Translations under genes and position numbers: made by a program
In this document: positions 26,931 to 36,445 of the stretch, piece by piece
How positions within the stretch are numbered: position 1 is the first letter of the stretch
Layout: each line of letters begins with the position of its first letter
NCBI GenBank assembly: GCA_044224875.1
Contig: JBGAJQ010000023.1
Span: 1,060-65,059 of the forward strand
Reading direction: 5' to 3'
Length of the DNA stretch: 64,000 nucleotides
DNA from: Gemmatimonadaceae bacterium
GTDB lineage: Bacteria; Gemmatimonadota; Gemmatimonadetes; Gemmatimonadales; Gemmatimonadaceae
The notes under the pieces: model-generated
Seen by the model: only the letters and a program-made list of their open reading frames with translations
The model's database searches: none
What the model was told of the DNA's origin: nothing

Positions 26931-27883
26931 TAGGCCTCCACGCGTGTGAGCTTGAGCTTTTCCATGAGGAGTCCGACCATGTTCTGGACGGCGAGCCTGG
27001 TGGCTACCGTGAGGTCGGCATCCATCCCCATGGTGATCCAGCTGGTCGGCGTTTCCGCGCGCGGCCAGTCGAAGGAGAGGTCCTTGCGCACGACGAGCTG
27101 CAACTTTCCGCGTAGCGCGGTTTCGATCGCGGTTTGATCGACCTCGCCGTCGCCCTGTGCGGCGTGACCGTCGCCGACTTCGAACAGCGCACCGGCGACG
27201 TGTACGGGGATGTAGAGCGTGGTGCCCGCGACGAGCTCCTTGTTGTCCAGGTTTCCCGCATGCGTGTGTGGTGGATTGCTGCTCACGCGACCGAGTGCCT
27301 TCGGCGGCGCCACACCCATGCTCCCAAAGAAGGGATGCAAGGGGACCTCGATGCCCGGCGCGAACATCCCCACCTGTCTCTTCGCATCCAGCCGAATGAT
27401 GCGCGTGAGTGGTGACGAGTCCTTTTCGCAATTCTCCTTCACGAATCCGCTGCAGCCGTTGTAGCCGTAGGGAATATCGAGATCGATCGTGAGGATCCGC
27501 ACCTCGAGCACATCGCCCGAGTCTGCCCCTTCGACAAAGACCGGGCCCGTGAGTATGTGGCCCCCAGGGCCGCGATCCGTCACCTGCGATACGATGTCAC
27601 GCAGATTCTGCTGAACCTCGTGTGGTGGCACTCCAGCCGCTTCCAGCCGATCGGGGCGATTCGTGATCATTGTGTGGACGTCGATGATGTCGCCCGACGC
27701 AATGCGCAGGACTGGCTTGGCCTCTGCCCAGTAGTAGCCGTACGCCACGGTCGCTGGTGTGGCCGGGAGCTCATGCACCCGCGGTGACTGCGCCCAGAGC
27801 CGAGTCGCCGAGATCGCGGCCAGGGCGGCCACTCCAATCAACCCACGGCGCACACGTCTGGAAACTACCATGTCACAGTTCAT
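26831..27883 (-). CDS. acetamidase/formamidase family protein, secreted
   Basis: GDIIDVHT...GGHILTGPVFVEGADSGDVLEVRI...GNLD...LYIPVHVAGALFEVGDGHAAQGDGEV is the FmdA/AmdA family core. Confidence 0.85.
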   Translation of the reverse strand: MNCDMVVSRRVRRGLIGVAALAAISATRLWAQSPRVHELPATPATVAYGYYWAEAKPVLRIASGDIIDVHTMITNRPDRLEAAGVPPHEVQQNLRDIVSQVTDRGPGGHILTGPVFVEGADSGDVLEVRILTIDLDIPYGYNGCSGFVKENCEKDSSPLTRIIRLDAKRQVGMFAPGIEVPLHPFFGSMGVAPPKALGRVSSNPPHTHAGNLDNKELVAGTTLYIPVHVAGALFEVGDGHAAQGDGEVDQTAIETALRGKLQLVVRKDLSFDWPRAETPTSWITMGMDADLTVATRLAVQNMVGLLMEKLKLTRVEAYQLASVAADLRITQLVDGNVGVHMMFPKSLLKK

Positions 27884-27953
27884 CGTTAGGCTCGGCGAGA
27901 GTGAAGAGTCCCGGTGGATGGCGGCTGGTCAGCCGCATGTCCGTCGACTACGA

Positions 27954-30098
27954 CTACCTCGTAGGTCCGGTGAGGCCGCGGTCGCGCAGCAACGCCGCGA
28001 CGGTCGGGTCTCGTCCCCGAAATGCTCGGTACATTGGTCCTGCGTCCAGCGTGCCGCCGCGCGAAAGCACCATGTCGCGAAGGCGCTGGCCGTTCTCTCG
28101 CGTCATGCCACCGTGTTCCACAAACCACTCGTACGCGTCGTTGTTGAGCACATCACTCCAGAGGTACGCGTAGTAGCCTGCCGAGTATCCGCCGTCCCAG
28201 ATGTGCGAGAAGTAGGCCGTTCGGTAGCGCGGAGGCACTTCCGGCAGGTTGACCTTGTAGCGCGCGAGCGCGTCCTGCTCGAATGAGACCACCTGATCCG
28301 CGCTCGCACTGTCCGTGCGCGTGTACCACGCGAGATCGAGTAGCGCCGATGCGACGTACTCCATCGTGCCGTAACCCTGGTTGAACGTCTTGGCACTCTG
28401 GAGCCGCTTCACCAGCTCCGCTGGCATCGGTTGCCCGGTCTGGTAATGCTTCGCATAGTTCGCGAAGACCGTCGGCTCCATGGCCCAATGCTCGTTGAAC
28501 CCGGATGGGAATTCGACAAAGTCGCGCGGTGTGTTCGTGCCCGAAAACGTCGGATACTGCACCTTGGAGAAGATCGCGTGCAGCGCGTGACCGAATTCGT
28601 GGAACATGGTGGTAACGTCCTCGGAACTGATGAGGGCGGGCTGTCCGGCTGCCGGTTTCGTCAGGTTCGCGACGTTGTAGACGACGGGCTTCTTGCCAAG
28701 GAGCGCGGACTGATCGACGAAGGCGTCTTCCCATGCGCCGCCACTCTTGCTGGCCCTGGCGAAGTAGTCGAGGTACACCAAGGCCAGCGATGAGCTGTCG
28801 GCATCGAACACCTCGAAGACGCGTACGTCGGGGTGATACGGCGGAATGTCCGTTCGTTCCTTGAACGTCAGTCCATACATCTTGTTGGCGGCGTAGAACA
28901 CCCCGTCCTTCAGTACACGATCGATCTCGAAGTACGGTGCTACCTGTGCCTGATCGAGCTCGTAGTCGGCCCGGCGTACCTGCTCGGCGTAGAACTCCCA
29001 GTCCGATGCCGCCAGCTTAAACTCACCCTGTTCGCCGTCGATGATTTGTTGCATCCGCCGCGCCTCGGCCTGGGTCTTGGCCGTCGTCGCCGGCACGAGA
29101 TCCGTAAGGAGCTTGATGGCTGCAGCGGGCGTCTTGGCCATCGCGTCGTCGAGCACGTAGGCCGCCCACGTCGCGAATCCCAACAGCTTCGCCTTTTGCA
29201 GGCGGATGGTGGCAAGGCGAGCCACGAGCGGTCGCGCATCGGTTGCCCCGCTCGTAAGACCGCGTTCGAGCGATGCCTTCAGCACGCGCTCCCGCATCGC
29301 ACGGTTCTTTAGCGATGCAAGGACGGGCTGCTGCGTCGTGTTCTGAAGCGCCAACACCCACTTTCCCGCCAACGAACGTGACTTGGCTTCCTCGCTGGCT
29401 GCCGCCAGGTCGCCCGCGCTCATACCGGCCAGCATCGAGGTGTCTGCCAGGACGACGGCGGCGTCATTCCGCGCGGCCAGCAGCCGATGCTCGTAGTCGG
29501 TACTGACCTTCGACTCCTCTTCGTTGAGCGCGCGCAGGGTCGCCTTGTCCGCCGCGGTCAGTTTTGCGCCAGCTCGAACAAAGTCGCGATAGTAGCGCTC
29601 GACCAGGTGGCGCTGCTCGTCGGTGTACCCGGCCTTCGCTCGCCCATCAAAGAGGTGTTGAACGCGAGCAAAGAGCTTGTCGTTGAGATAGATCTCGTCG
29701 TGATGCGCGGCCAGTTTTGGCGCAACGGCTGTCTGTACGGCTTGCAGCGAGTCGTTGGTGTTCGCCTGTGTGATGCCGCTGAACACCCGCATCACGCGAG
29801 TGAGCAGGGCGCCGGATCGTTCCATGCCCTCGATCGTGTTCTGAAACGTCACGGCCGAGGTGTCGTTGGCGATGGCTTGGACTTCGGCCTGCTGTTGGCG
29901 CATGCCCTCTTCAATCGCCGGCTGATAGTGACTATTTCGAATGCGATCGAACGGCGGTGCCTCGAACGGAAGTGTGCTCGCCGTCATGAACGGGTTCACG
30001 CCATCCGCTTCAGACGCGGGCTTCGACTTCGAACCGGCGTTGCACGACACGGCGACGGCCAACCACATCAGCGCCACGAACGACCTTGCTGACTGCAT
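27954..30098 (-). CDS. dcp: M3 family peptidyl-dipeptidase (Dcp-like), exported
   Basis: HEFGHALH zinc motif within an M3 fold-length protein. ATG at 30098 is preceded by AAGGAG and followed by a lipoprotein-like leader (ALMWLAVAVSC). The upstream part of the listed ORF was rejected. Confidence 0.9.
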   Translation of the reverse strand: MQSARSFVALMWLAVAVSCNAGSKSKPASEADGVNPFMTASTLPFEAPPFDRIRNSHYQPAIEEGMRQQQAEVQAIANDTSAVTFQNTIEGMERSGALLTRVMRVFSGITQANTNDSLQAVQTAVAPKLAAHHDEIYLNDKLFARVQHLFDGRAKAGYTDEQRHLVERYYRDFVRAGAKLTAADKATLRALNEEESKVSTDYEHRLLAARNDAAVVLADTSMLAGMSAGDLAAASEEAKSRSLAGKWVLALQNTTQQPVLASLKNRAMRERVLKASLERGLTSGATDARPLVARLATIRLQKAKLLGFATWAAYVLDDAMAKTPAAAIKLLTDLVPATTAKTQAEARRMQQIIDGEQGEFKLAASDWEFYAEQVRRADYELDQAQVAPYFEIDRVLKDGVFYAANKMYGLTFKERTDIPPYHPDVRVFEVFDADSSSLALVYLDYFARASKSGGAWEDAFVDQSALLGKKPVVYNVANLTKPAAGQPALISSEDVTTMFHEFGHALHAIFSKVQYPTFSGTNTPRDFVEFPSGFNEHWAMEPTVFANYAKHYQTGQPMPAELVKRLQSAKTFNQGYGTMEYVASALLDLAWYTRTDSASADQVVSFEQDALARYKVNLPEVPPRYRTAYFSHIWDGGYSAGYYAYLWSDVLNNDAYEWFVEHGGMTRENGQRLRDMVLSRGGTLDAGPMYRAFRGRDPTVAALLRDRGLTGPTR

Positions 30099-30266
30099 TT
30101 TCGGCTCCTTATCCTGTAAAACCACCAACAATCCCGAACACTTCAGAGCGCGAAGTGTGGGGCCTCGCTCCCTCGAAAGCGCAAACCTTTGTGAGAGCGT
30201 ACAGGCGCGATGTAGTCGCGGCAAGGGCGGCGCCTTCACCGGACATCATTGGTTAAACTCCGTTCC

Positions 30267-31628
30267 ATGACATCGCATGCATTTTCGCTGGACGCGCGAA
30301 TACGCGCGTGCCTTCTCCTATCCTTGGGCGCCCTGATTCCGCAACTGTTGAGCGGCCAAGCTCGCGCTTCAGTCGAGACCCTTTCATCCACGGAACGCGC
30401 TATCACACGCGCGGTGGACAAGGGGAACGCCGATGCCATCGCGCTTCTGCAGCGCCTCGTCGACATCAACAGCGGGTCGATGAACTTGAACGGCGTACGG
30501 GCCGTGGGCGATGCGCTCCGTCCAGCGCTCGACGCGTTGGGCTTCAAGACGCGTTGGGTCGATGGGACGCCGTTCAAGCGCGCCGGACACCTGATCGCGG
30601 ACCATCCGGGGAGCGGGCCACGCTTGCTGCTCATTGGCCATCTGGACACCGTGTTCGAGCCGTCGAGTCCGTTTCAGCGCTTTGACATGCTTCCGGATTC
30701 CATGGCCAAGGGACCCGGCATCATCGACATGAAAGGTGGCGACGTCATCATCATCCAAGCCCTCAAGGCGCTAAAGACCGCCGGCGCGTTGGAGCGAATG
30801 AACGTCCTGGTGGTGTTTCATGGCGACGAAGAGAAGTCCGGCGAACCGTTGCATCTGGCGAGGGAAGAACTGACCACGGCGGCCAAGACCGCCGACTATG
30901 CGATCGGTTTCGAAGACGGCGCCGCCGACCCCAAGACGGCCGTCATCGCCCGGCGCAGTGCGGGCGGTTGGGTGTTGCATGTGACGGGAACCCCTGCCCA
31001 CTCCTCGCAGATCTTCCGCGACGATGTGGGTGCAGGGGCGATTTTCGAGACTGCCCGGGTGCTGAATGCCTTTCGTGAGCGCCTCCAGGGTCAGCAGTAC
31101 CTCACCTTCAACCCGGGCGTGGCGCTTGGCGGGACGTTGGTGCGACTGGACAGCACCAGCACCGACGGCTCGGCGTCGGGCAAGTCCAACGTGGTGTCGG
31201 CGAAGATGGAGGTGAGCGGCGACCTGCGCACGATTTCCCCCGAGCAACTGGCCGCGGCCAAGGCCACCATGCGAGAAGTGACCGCTGCCAGTCTCCCCCA
31301 CACGTCATCGACCATCGAATTTTCTGATGGGTATCCGCCCATGGCCCCGACGGACGGCAATCGCCGGCTGCTCGCCATGTACGATTCCGTCAGCCGCAAC
31401 CTCGGTCTTGGTGGAGTGGTGGCTGTGGATCCGTCCAAGGCCGGTGCCGCTGACGTTTCGGTCGCCGCCCCGTACGTGAAGGGAGCCATCGACGGCATCG
31501 GCCTCTCCGGCCACGATGATCACACCGAAAAAGAGACCGCCGACCTGCGCATGCTGGCGCCACTCACCAAGCGCGCGGCAATCCTGCTCCTGCGCCTATC
31601 GTCGACCCCAGCGCCCCCTCGCCCGTAG
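30267..31628 (+). CDS. M20/M28-type peptidase (glutamate carboxypeptidase-like), secreted
   Basis: GHLDTVF, IIDMKGG and HGDEE motifs of the M20 family. The listed ORF starts at TTG 30249; the first ATG is 30267. Confidence 0.85.
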   Translation: MTSHAFSLDARIRACLLLSLGALIPQLLSGQARASVETLSSTERAITRAVDKGNADAIALLQRLVDINSGSMNLNGVRAVGDALRPALDALGFKTRWVDGTPFKRAGHLIADHPGSGPRLLLIGHLDTVFEPSSPFQRFDMLPDSMAKGPGIIDMKGGDVIIIQALKALKTAGALERMNVLVVFHGDEEKSGEPLHLAREELTTAAKTADYAIGFEDGAADPKTAVIARRSAGGWVLHVTGTPAHSSQIFRDDVGAGAIFETARVLNAFRERLQGQQYLTFNPGVALGGTLVRLDSTSTDGSASGKSNVVSAKMEVSGDLRTISPEQLAAAKATMREVTAASLPHTSSTIEFSDGYPPMAPTDGNRRLLAMYDSVSRNLGLGGVVAVDPSKAGAADVSVAAPYVKGAIDGIGLSGHDDHTEKETADLRMLAPLTKRAAILLLRLSSTPAPPRP

Positions 31629-31722
31629 CGAGGGGTCGGGCCACGCCGCACCACACAACACCGAACCTCAACGAGCCGTGAGGTCGGCATCGACCCTCGT
31701 CCGACGTTGCCCGACGCTTGGG

Positions 31723-33006
31723 CTAGTTGACCACCGCCTGATAGACAAGGTTCGCGAAGCGATCGCGAAGCGACGACCCATTCGGCATCAGCTGCATCAT
31801 CAAGACGATCACCATCCGTTCCTGCGGATCCACGCTGTACCAGGTGCCGTAGGCCCCACCCCACCCGTAGGTACCAACGCTGCTCATGCCGCTCGCCCCG
31901 TACCGCCCAATGGTTTCGAACCCTAGCCCGAAACCTTTGCCGGACTGTCCATAGGTCGCGCCGAGTTGATCGGACTTCATGAGGCGCACGGTGTGCGGCG
32001 CCAGCACGCGCACACCGTCGAGTTGGCCGTCGTTCAATGTCATCTGCAGGAAGCGCGCATAGTCCCGCGCTGTGGAGAGCAAACCCGCGCCACCAGAGAA
32101 GCTGCGGCGAGGACCGTCCACATAGTGCCCCTGTCCCCTGGCGCCATCGGGGGCACGCTCGATCTTCCCGTCCGACTTGCTGCCATAGACCGCCGTTAGG
32201 CGGCTGCGCTGTTCCATTGGCAGGAAGTAGTGCGTGTCCGTCATGCGGAGAGGGCCAGTGATGTTCTCGCGGACATACGCGTCTAACGCCTGGCCCGACA
32301 CACGTTCCACCACGCAGCCGAGGATGTCCGTGTTGTAGCCGTAGACAAACGCCTCGCCGGGTTGGGCGACGAATGGCAGCGTTCCCAAGCGCTCCATGGT
32401 AGCGCAGACGGGTTCGTCCTTGTCCGCCGTGTACCAGCCGTACCCGGCCGCCGGCCCCAGACCCTTGGCATCGTAGAGCTTGGCGACCGATGGATCGGTT
32501 CCGTATGAAATCCCAGCCGTGTGCGTGAGCAGGTCGAACAAGGTGATCGCTCGCTTGGCAGGCACCGTGCTTCCGTCAGAGAGCATGACGGAAGTCTTGG
32601 CAAATGTTGGGATATACTTCGACACAGGGTCGTACAGGCTCAACTTCCCCTGCTCGTAAAGCTGCAGGAGGGCCGCACTCGTCACGGCCTTGGATTGGGA
32701 GGCAATCCGGAAGATGGCATCGGAAGTCATTTTTCGACCGGCTTCCTTGTCTGCCCAGCCGACCGATCGCTCATACGCCACCTGGCCGTCGCGCAGGATC
32801 AGGGCGACGACTCCGGCGACCTCATTGCGATCCACGTAGCCTTGAAGGGCCTGATCAATCCGCGCGACACGGCGGGCATCGAGTCCTGCGACGGCGCGAT
32901 GTGTGCGGGGGCTTGGCGCGGCAACCTGCGCAAGCGCTGACGATGTCGTAAGCGCGACGATCGCACATTGCGCCAGCATCCGACGAATCAAGAAGACGTT
33001 AGGCAT
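31723..33006 (-). CDS. beta-lactamase-fold serine hydrolase (class C / DD-peptidase-like), secreted
   Basis: FRIASQSKAVTS (SxxK), a signal peptide, and length and layout typical of family S12. Confidence 0.85.
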   Translation of the reverse strand: MPNVFLIRRMLAQCAIVALTTSSALAQVAAPSPRTHRAVAGLDARRVARIDQALQGYVDRNEVAGVVALILRDGQVAYERSVGWADKEAGRKMTSDAIFRIASQSKAVTSAALLQLYEQGKLSLYDPVSKYIPTFAKTSVMLSDGSTVPAKRAITLFDLLTHTAGISYGTDPSVAKLYDAKGLGPAAGYGWYTADKDEPVCATMERLGTLPFVAQPGEAFVYGYNTDILGCVVERVSGQALDAYVRENITGPLRMTDTHYFLPMEQRSRLTAVYGSKSDGKIERAPDGARGQGHYVDGPRRSFSGGAGLLSTARDYARFLQMTLNDGQLDGVRVLAPHTVRLMKSDQLGATYGQSGKGFGLGFETIGRYGASGMSSVGTYGWGGAYGTWYSVDPQERMVIVLMMQLMPNGSSLRDRFANLVYQAVVN

Positions 33007-33033
33007 CGAAGTGCGTGATGATTGGGGAACGGT

Positions 33034-34518
33034 TTAGGCGGGGTGTTGGGCGGCCGTACCGGTGGAACGAAGGGCCTCCGTGCCTTCGGCCGCGGGAAAG
33101 AACGTGTCAATGACCGACCGGGAGGCGGGAGGGGTCGCCAAACTCACGGCCAGCATCAACACGCCGCTCGCGAGTACGCCCGCCTCGGCCGGATCCAGCC
33201 CGAGGAAGTAAGGTGACCCAAGCTTGGACCAGACGAGACATGCTGCCATGCCGCCAAGCATGGAGGCAATAGCACCGGCACGTGTCGCCCGCCTCCAGTT
33301 GAGCCCCACAACCACCGGCACAAACAGGAACGATACCATGAGCTTGGCCGCCCAGATCACGATGAAGTTCACCAGATCAAACTGGCGGAAGGCCAGCGCC
33401 ACGGGAATCGCGCTGAAGGTTACCACAGCCAGACGGCTCGCCAGCACCCGCGTCTTCTCACTCGCCGAAGGTCGAAGCAGTTCGCCGTAAATATCATGCG
33501 AAACGGCGGACGCCACGGTGAGGAGGATGGCGCCACCAGTGCGAGTGAACGTCACCACGGCCGCCAGCAACACCGGGAGCCCAATCCACGGCGGAAGGAT
33601 AGACATCCCCAGCACAGGGGTCGCCAAGTCAGGCGCCGGTAACTGCGGCATCACGACGCGCATCGACAGCCCGAAAATCAGCACGCCAAGTCCGACACCA
33701 CCCTGAAACAGGAATGAGTATCCGATCGCCAGGCGGGTGGCCCGTTTGCTCTGCATGGAATAGATCGCCGATATCTCGTAGGGTGACGCCGCCAGCCCCA
33801 ACCCAATCGCCATGGAAATGGCCAAAAGCTGCCTCCACCCAAACCAGTTGCCGCTGAGGCGCGGGTCGATCGCCGTCAACGCGTCCCCAATCACCGACAA
33901 GCCGCCCACATGCTGCACCAGATACGGTACAGCGAGCGCGTAGCCGCCAAGCAACAGCATGGCCTTGAGCATTCCGACGTATGCGTTGCTATACATCCCA
34001 CCGAGAACGGTGTAGAGCGTGGTGATTCCGGCGACGAGCAGTACGGCACGTGGATACGACATTCCGCCTACCAAGCCAAACAGCAGGCCGCCAGCCTGGT
34101 ATTGTGCGGACAACATCATGGCGTAAACCACCAGGATGAACACAGCAGAGATGGCGCGCGCCGCTCGACTCTCGAAGCGCGCAGCGAAGTAGTCGGGGAG
34201 TGTGAGACCCGCGATCCGACGAATCCGCGGCGCAACGAACAACGCGGCGACCACCCATCCGATCCACACCAACGGCCACGTCCACGCGTAGCTGATTCCG
34301 GAGAAGTAGTGAAATCCCACCATGCCGATCGTGGCGCCGGCACTCACCTGGTTGGCCATCAGCGTGGCCCCACCGATGATGGGTCCCAGACTTCTGCCAG
34401 CCGCGAGGAACCCTTCCTCGGTCGACGCCCGCCGGTAGTTGTACAGCCCGATGCCGCATACCAGCGCGAGGTACGCTCCCACTATGACGTAGAATGCCGT
34501 GAGATGTGCTGGCGTCAT
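33034..34518 (-). CDS. sodium:solute symporter family (SSF) transporter
   Basis: 494 aa with about 13 hydrophobic segments. The N-terminal YRRASTEEGFLAAGRSLGPIIGGATLMANQVSAGATIG is the SSF signature region. Confidence 0.9.
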   Translation of the reverse strand: MTPAHLTAFYVIVGAYLALVCGIGLYNYRRASTEEGFLAAGRSLGPIIGGATLMANQVSAGATIGMVGFHYFSGISYAWTWPLVWIGWVVAALFVAPRIRRIAGLTLPDYFAARFESRAARAISAVFILVVYAMMLSAQYQAGGLLFGLVGGMSYPRAVLLVAGITTLYTVLGGMYSNAYVGMLKAMLLLGGYALAVPYLVQHVGGLSVIGDALTAIDPRLSGNWFGWRQLLAISMAIGLGLAASPYEISAIYSMQSKRATRLAIGYSFLFQGGVGLGVLIFGLSMRVVMPQLPAPDLATPVLGMSILPPWIGLPVLLAAVVTFTRTGGAILLTVASAVSHDIYGELLRPSASEKTRVLASRLAVVTFSAIPVALAFRQFDLVNFIVIWAAKLMVSFLFVPVVVGLNWRRATRAGAIASMLGGMAACLVWSKLGSPYFLGLDPAEAGVLASGVLMLAVSLATPPASRSVIDTFFPAAEGTEALRSTGTAAQHPA

Positions 34519-35198
34519 GACTCACGTCCTTCCGAGCGCCGAGCCCAGAGCAAGTAGCCCGGTACCCACGTCACCATGATGGCCGCGAGTAACCAGAAGC
34601 GCCACGCCAAACCGCCGTCGTTAGGCGCGCGGTCCGGGGGAGCGCAGGGCGCACCGGATGCGCGGAGCCCGCTCACATGCACGAACGCCGGTACGGCGAC
34701 AAAGCGCGCGCTCCACTCGTTTTCCTCGATGCGAGCCATATGCGGGAACTCGACGCGTCCGCCGCCACTCGCGAACCGCACCGTGACTTCCACCGCCCCT
34801 TCGCGGGCCCGATCGTCCTTGGCCAACGGCCGCGAGAGATGGACCAACGGTATGTCTCCCTCAGCCTCCCCCTCTCGACCCGTCAGGTTCACGTCGTACG
34901 CCAGGGACACTTCGCGCTCGGCCGTCCGCGCGGCGTCGGACGAATCGACATACTCGAGCCAAGGTCCGTGCGGTAACGGGGCCAACGTCCTCGGTGCATC
35001 CGCAACGGTGACGTTGACTGGGCCGATGCGCGAGCAGGGGCGCTGCAACACGCGAAAGCGCGCGGGCCCGCTGTCATTCGTCAGACGATACCGCTGTTCG
35101 ACGTGAGTCACGCCCACCGAGTCCACACGTACGACGATTTTGGCACTCGACGGTGACTGGGCCCGGACGGGTGCGCCGAAACTCAAACCCCCAACCAC
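34515..35198 (-). CDS. hypothetical protein with C-terminal membrane anchor; true start probably upstream of the listed GTG
   Basis: Its stop overlaps the SSF start as ATGA. The C-terminal WRFWLLAAIMVTWVPGYLLW is a TM segment. The open frame continues upstream to 35252 and encodes the missing part of a signal peptide (see findings). Confidence 0.55.
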   Translation of the reverse strand: MVGGLSFGAPVRAQSPSSAKIVVRVDSVGVTHVEQRYRLTNDSGPARFRVLQRPCSRIGPVNVTVADAPRTLAPLPHGPWLEYVDSSDAARTAEREVSLAYDVNLTGREGEAEGDIPLVHLSRPLAKDDRAREGAVEVTVRFASGGGRVEFPHMARIEENEWSARFVAVPAFVHVSGLRASGAPCAPPDRAPNDGGLAWRFWLLAAIMVTWVPGYLLWARRSEGRES

Positions 35199-35252
35199 AC
35201 ACAGGACACAAGCGGGGTGGGGCCGCCGTGACGCTCGGTACGAGACAATGCG

Positions 35253-36257
35253 TCAGTCCGTGTAGGTGGTCGCTGTGGCTTCGTTCCCGATCATGAAGGC
35301 GTAGTCACCGGGGTGGATACGCGTCATGTAGTTGCGGCATAGCACTACGATGTTGTGTTCGAACGGAACGGTCATTGTCTCGAGCACGTCGAACGTGTAT
35401 GGGCTGACGATGTCGGCGAGCGCCGTACCGGATGGAAGTCGCTGGCCGGGTGTGAGTGCCTGACGAGGCACACAGAGCCCACCGGCCCGGGGCCGCATGA
35501 CCTTCATGTCACGCATCAGGACCTGGCCGGCGCGCCGCTCCACTTCGCCTCTCAACGCACCGACGTACCGCAACTGATTGAGCACCCCCTTCAGTCCATT
35601 GGCCACGTGGACGTCTTGCTCGCGATAGCCGCCGCCAATTTCCACCACCATGCAACGGACGCCACGCTGCTCGGCGTACGTAGCGGTGGTGTTCGGATAT
35701 GAGGCCGCGGGTTTGTAAAGCAGTTGTGGCAGGAAGGCGCGAGAAAGACCCTCGTCATTCACCACATAGCAGTAGTCCACCCACGGGAACGTCCCTCCAG
35801 CGTGGATGTCGATCAGGACTTCGATGTTGTCGATGAACTCGTGGGCGATGGCGTATGCTTGCTGCTCACTCAACCAGCCGTCGGGTGATCCAGGGAACAG
35901 GCGGTTCATGTCGAGCATGTCCGTGGGCGTGTTGCGCGTGACGCCCTCCATGGCGAGTGGATTCGCCACACCGAGGATCCACAGGCTCCCGCTGAGCGCG
36001 GAGGGGTCGATCACACGATGCAGCTCCCGCGCGATCAGGAGCCCTTCCAGCTCGTCTCCGTGAATCATCGCCGACACCCCGACGGCTGGCCCGGGGCGCT
36101 TTCCCTCGATCACATGAATCGTTAGGCCGAGTTGTAGGCCACTGGCCATGGTGGTGATGGGGGCAAAGCGGCGCGTGCGTCCGGCACCAAGGTCGGTAAC
36201 GATAACGGAAGGCGACGTCATGAGGTCAGCGTGTGGAGATGATGAGTTCCTGCCCAA
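35253..36257 (-). CDS. succinylglutamate desuccinylase/aspartoacylase (AstE/AspA, M14-like) family deacylase
   Basis: VGVSAMIHGDELEG...NRLFPG...LIDIHAGG are the Zn-ligand blocks of the AstE_AspA family. The start may be the internal ATG at 36221. Confidence 0.8.
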   Translation of the reverse strand: MGRNSSSPHADLMTSPSVIVTDLGAGRTRRFAPITTMASGLQLGLTIHVIEGKRPGPAVGVSAMIHGDELEGLLIARELHRVIDPSALSGSLWILGVANPLAMEGVTRNTPTDMLDMNRLFPGSPDGWLSEQQAYAIAHEFIDNIEVLIDIHAGGTFPWVDYCYVVNDEGLSRAFLPQLLYKPAASYPNTTATYAEQRGVRCMVVEIGGGYREQDVHVANGLKGVLNQLRYVGALRGEVERRAGQVLMRDMKVMRPRAGGLCVPRQALTPGQRLPSGTALADIVSPYTFDVLETMTVPFEHNIVVLCRNYMTRIHPGDYAFMIGNEATATTYTD

Positions 36258-36445
36258 ACGCGAGTGGATGTCGGCGTCGCCTGGCAGCTTGGTCGACGCG
36301 CGACAGAACTTGTCGAGTAGCCTTTGTTGTCCGTTAGGTGCAACGGGCTCCGAGCGTCCACGTTGACAGCCGGGGCCGCCGCGTCCAAGCTACCTCCACT
36401 CCACGCTCAACGCACCCCGCGCAGTCCGTGGGGTACCTGGGTGCC

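Noticed and set aside
31629-31699. Nested inverted repeats between the convergent M20 peptidase and beta-lactamase-fold genes: CGAGGGGTCG ... CGACCCTCG enclosing ACCTCA-N8-TGAGGT.
   Set aside because: The outer stem is imperfect (one base unpaired), the inner stem is only 6 bp, and there is no T-tract. It may be a bidirectional terminator, but it is too weak to call.
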